DNA of 16,777 nucleotides from Candidatus Eiseniibacteriota bacterium (GTDB lineage Bacteria; ARS69): NCBI GenBank assembly GCA_052390515.1, contig JBQTGV010000220.1, positions 1 to 16,777 of the forward strand, read 5' to 3'. Shown piece by piece: positions 15,927 to 16,777 of this stretch (position 1 is its first letter; each line of letters starts with the position of its first letter). The notes under the pieces were generated by a model. It saw only the letters and a program-made list of their open reading frames with translations, ran no database searches and was not told where the DNA came from. The position numbers and the translations under genes were made by a program.

Positions 15927-16467
15927 GCCAGGCCCGCGCCATCCTCCAGTCCAGCCGCACGGTCTGGACGGAGACCCCCAGGACCTCGGCGATCTCCTCC
16001 TGTGTCAGCCCACCGAAGAAGCGGCATTCCACGACCCGGCTCTGCCGCTCGCTGAGCGCGCGCAGCCGCTCCAGGCACTCGTCCAGATGCAGGAGCTCGT
16101 CGGCCCGGGAGGCTCCTCCCACCAGCTCCTCCTCGAAGGTGACGAGCGCTTCGCCGCCGCCGCGCTTCTCTGCCCGGCGCTGGTTCGCGTAGTTGATCAG
16201 GATCCGGCGCATGGCCTGCGCGGCGATGGCGAGGAAGTGTGCCCGGTTCCGCCAGTCGGCCTTTCTCTGGTCGACCAGCTTGAGGTAGGCCTCGTGGACG
16301 AGCGCGGTCGCGTTGAGAGTGTGCCCCGCGCGTTCGCCGCGGAGCTGGCGGCGGGCCACTTCGTGTAGATGACCGTAGACGAGCGGCAGCAGCGCGTCGA
16401 CTACGTTCCGGTTTCCACCCTGCAGCTCTCCCAGGAGTCGCGTGACGTCGTGGGAGGGATCGGTCAT
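15901..16467 (-). CDS. ECF RNA polymerase sigma factor, kinase-associated type (TIGR02999 / ECF43, EcfK/EcfP-like)
   Basis: DVTRLL, LLPLVY..L..VARRQL..ER.GHTLNATALVHEAYLKL, W.NRAHF.AIAAQAMRRIL, KRGG, and region 4 VVECRFFGGLTQEEIAEVLGVS..TV..DW..ARAWL. Start re-called to ATG 16467 (188 aa), coupled to the upstream small ORF. Confidence 0.93.
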   Translation of the reverse strand: MTDPSHDVTRLLGELQGGNRNVVDALLPLVYGHLHEVARRQLRGERAGHTLNATALVHEAYLKLVDQRKADWRNRAHFLAIAAQAMRRILINYANQRRAEKRGGGEALVTFEEELVGGASRADELLHLDECLERLRALSERQSRVVECRFFGGLTQEEIAEVLGVSVQTVRLDWRMARAWLSREMKAE

Positions 16468-16631
16468 CGAGGCGCGCTCAACGCCGCGCCGAGGAAGTAC
16501 GGCCACAGGCACAGTCCGAGCACGGCCTTGCCGAAGCTCAGCTTCACGAATCCGATCGTGAACAGCCAGCCGATCACCCAGACGGCGCCGAACGCGGACC
16601 CGCGATCGACGATCTTGACGGTGTCGCCCAC
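16464..16631 (-). CDS. 55-aa hydrophobic membrane microprotein (not in ORF track)
   Basis: GTG 16631 with SD AAGGGGG 8 nt upstream. Translates to MGDTVKIVDRGSAFGAVWVIGWLFTIGFVKLSFGKAVLGLCLWPYFLGAALSAPR. Nearly all third positions are G/C. Its TGA overlaps the sigma ATG (ATGA). Confidence 0.8.
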   Translation of the reverse strand: MGDTVKIVDRGSAFGAVWVIGWLFTIGFVKLSFGKAVLGLCLWPYFLGAALSAPR

Positions 16632-16650
16632 TCTTCAGTCCCCCTTCGCC

Positions 16651-16677
16651 CCATCGCGAGAGGAACTTTCGCGATGG
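16651..16677. other. 12-bp inverted repeat directly upstream of the microprotein RBS
   Basis: CCATCGCGAGAG-GAA-CTTTCGCGATGG, with one mismatch. Confidence 0.55.
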
Positions 16678-16698
16678 CTTCGCTCGAGCTCGCCGGCA

Positions 16699-16776
16699 CT
16701 AGTGTTCCGTCTCGAAAGAAATGATCAGATGGCCGAGCGTCGTAGCCGCCGTGTCCGGAGCCACGGACGGCGGAGG
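16699..16776 (-). CDS. Possible 3' end of an upstream gene running off the window
   Basis: Open frame ..PPPSVAPDTAATTLGHLIISFETEH-TAG with mostly G/C third positions. Too short to identify. Confidence 0.35.
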   Translation of the reverse strand, partial: PPPSVAPDTAATTLGHLIISFETEH

Positions 16777-16777
16777 C

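Noticed and set aside
16468-16512. ECF sigma start at GTG 16512
   Set aside because: It falls within the 55-aa upstream ORF. ATG 16467 matches the family N-terminus and shows ATGA coupling.
1-16777. Mobile element or genomic island boundaries around the copper cluster or toxin module
   Set aside because: No transposase, integrase, tRNA, terminal repeats or obvious compositional break was seen.

Overview
Very GC-rich bacterial window. The TolC protein and the lipoproteins point to a diderm host. It holds two gene blocks. Left block (1-11077): the 3' end of a probable secreted protein gene, an AI-2E family transporter, a Cu(I)-type P1B-1 ATPase (YHS plus CPMHP metal-binding domains), a divergent VOC/glyoxalase gene, and a CusCBA-like heavy-metal RND efflux operon. 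The operon is preceded by a Cys-rich, Pro-rich leader ORF and a hairpin that hides the ribosome-binding site of the first efflux gene, a layout resembling CutF/CruR-type metal-sensing translational control. Right block (11143-16777): a lipoprotein cholesterol-dependent-cytolysin-like (CDCL) protein whose domain 4 is replaced by a laminin-IV-like domain. It is divergent from a membrane Ser/Thr kinase with TPR-like repeats. The kinase is tail-to-tail with an EcfK/EcfP-type (ECF43/TIGR02999-like) sigma factor, and that sigma gene is translationally coupled to a 55-aa membrane microprotein missing from the ORF track. No RNA genes, mobile elements or CRISPR arrays were seen. All family calls come from motif recognition by eye, with no database searches.
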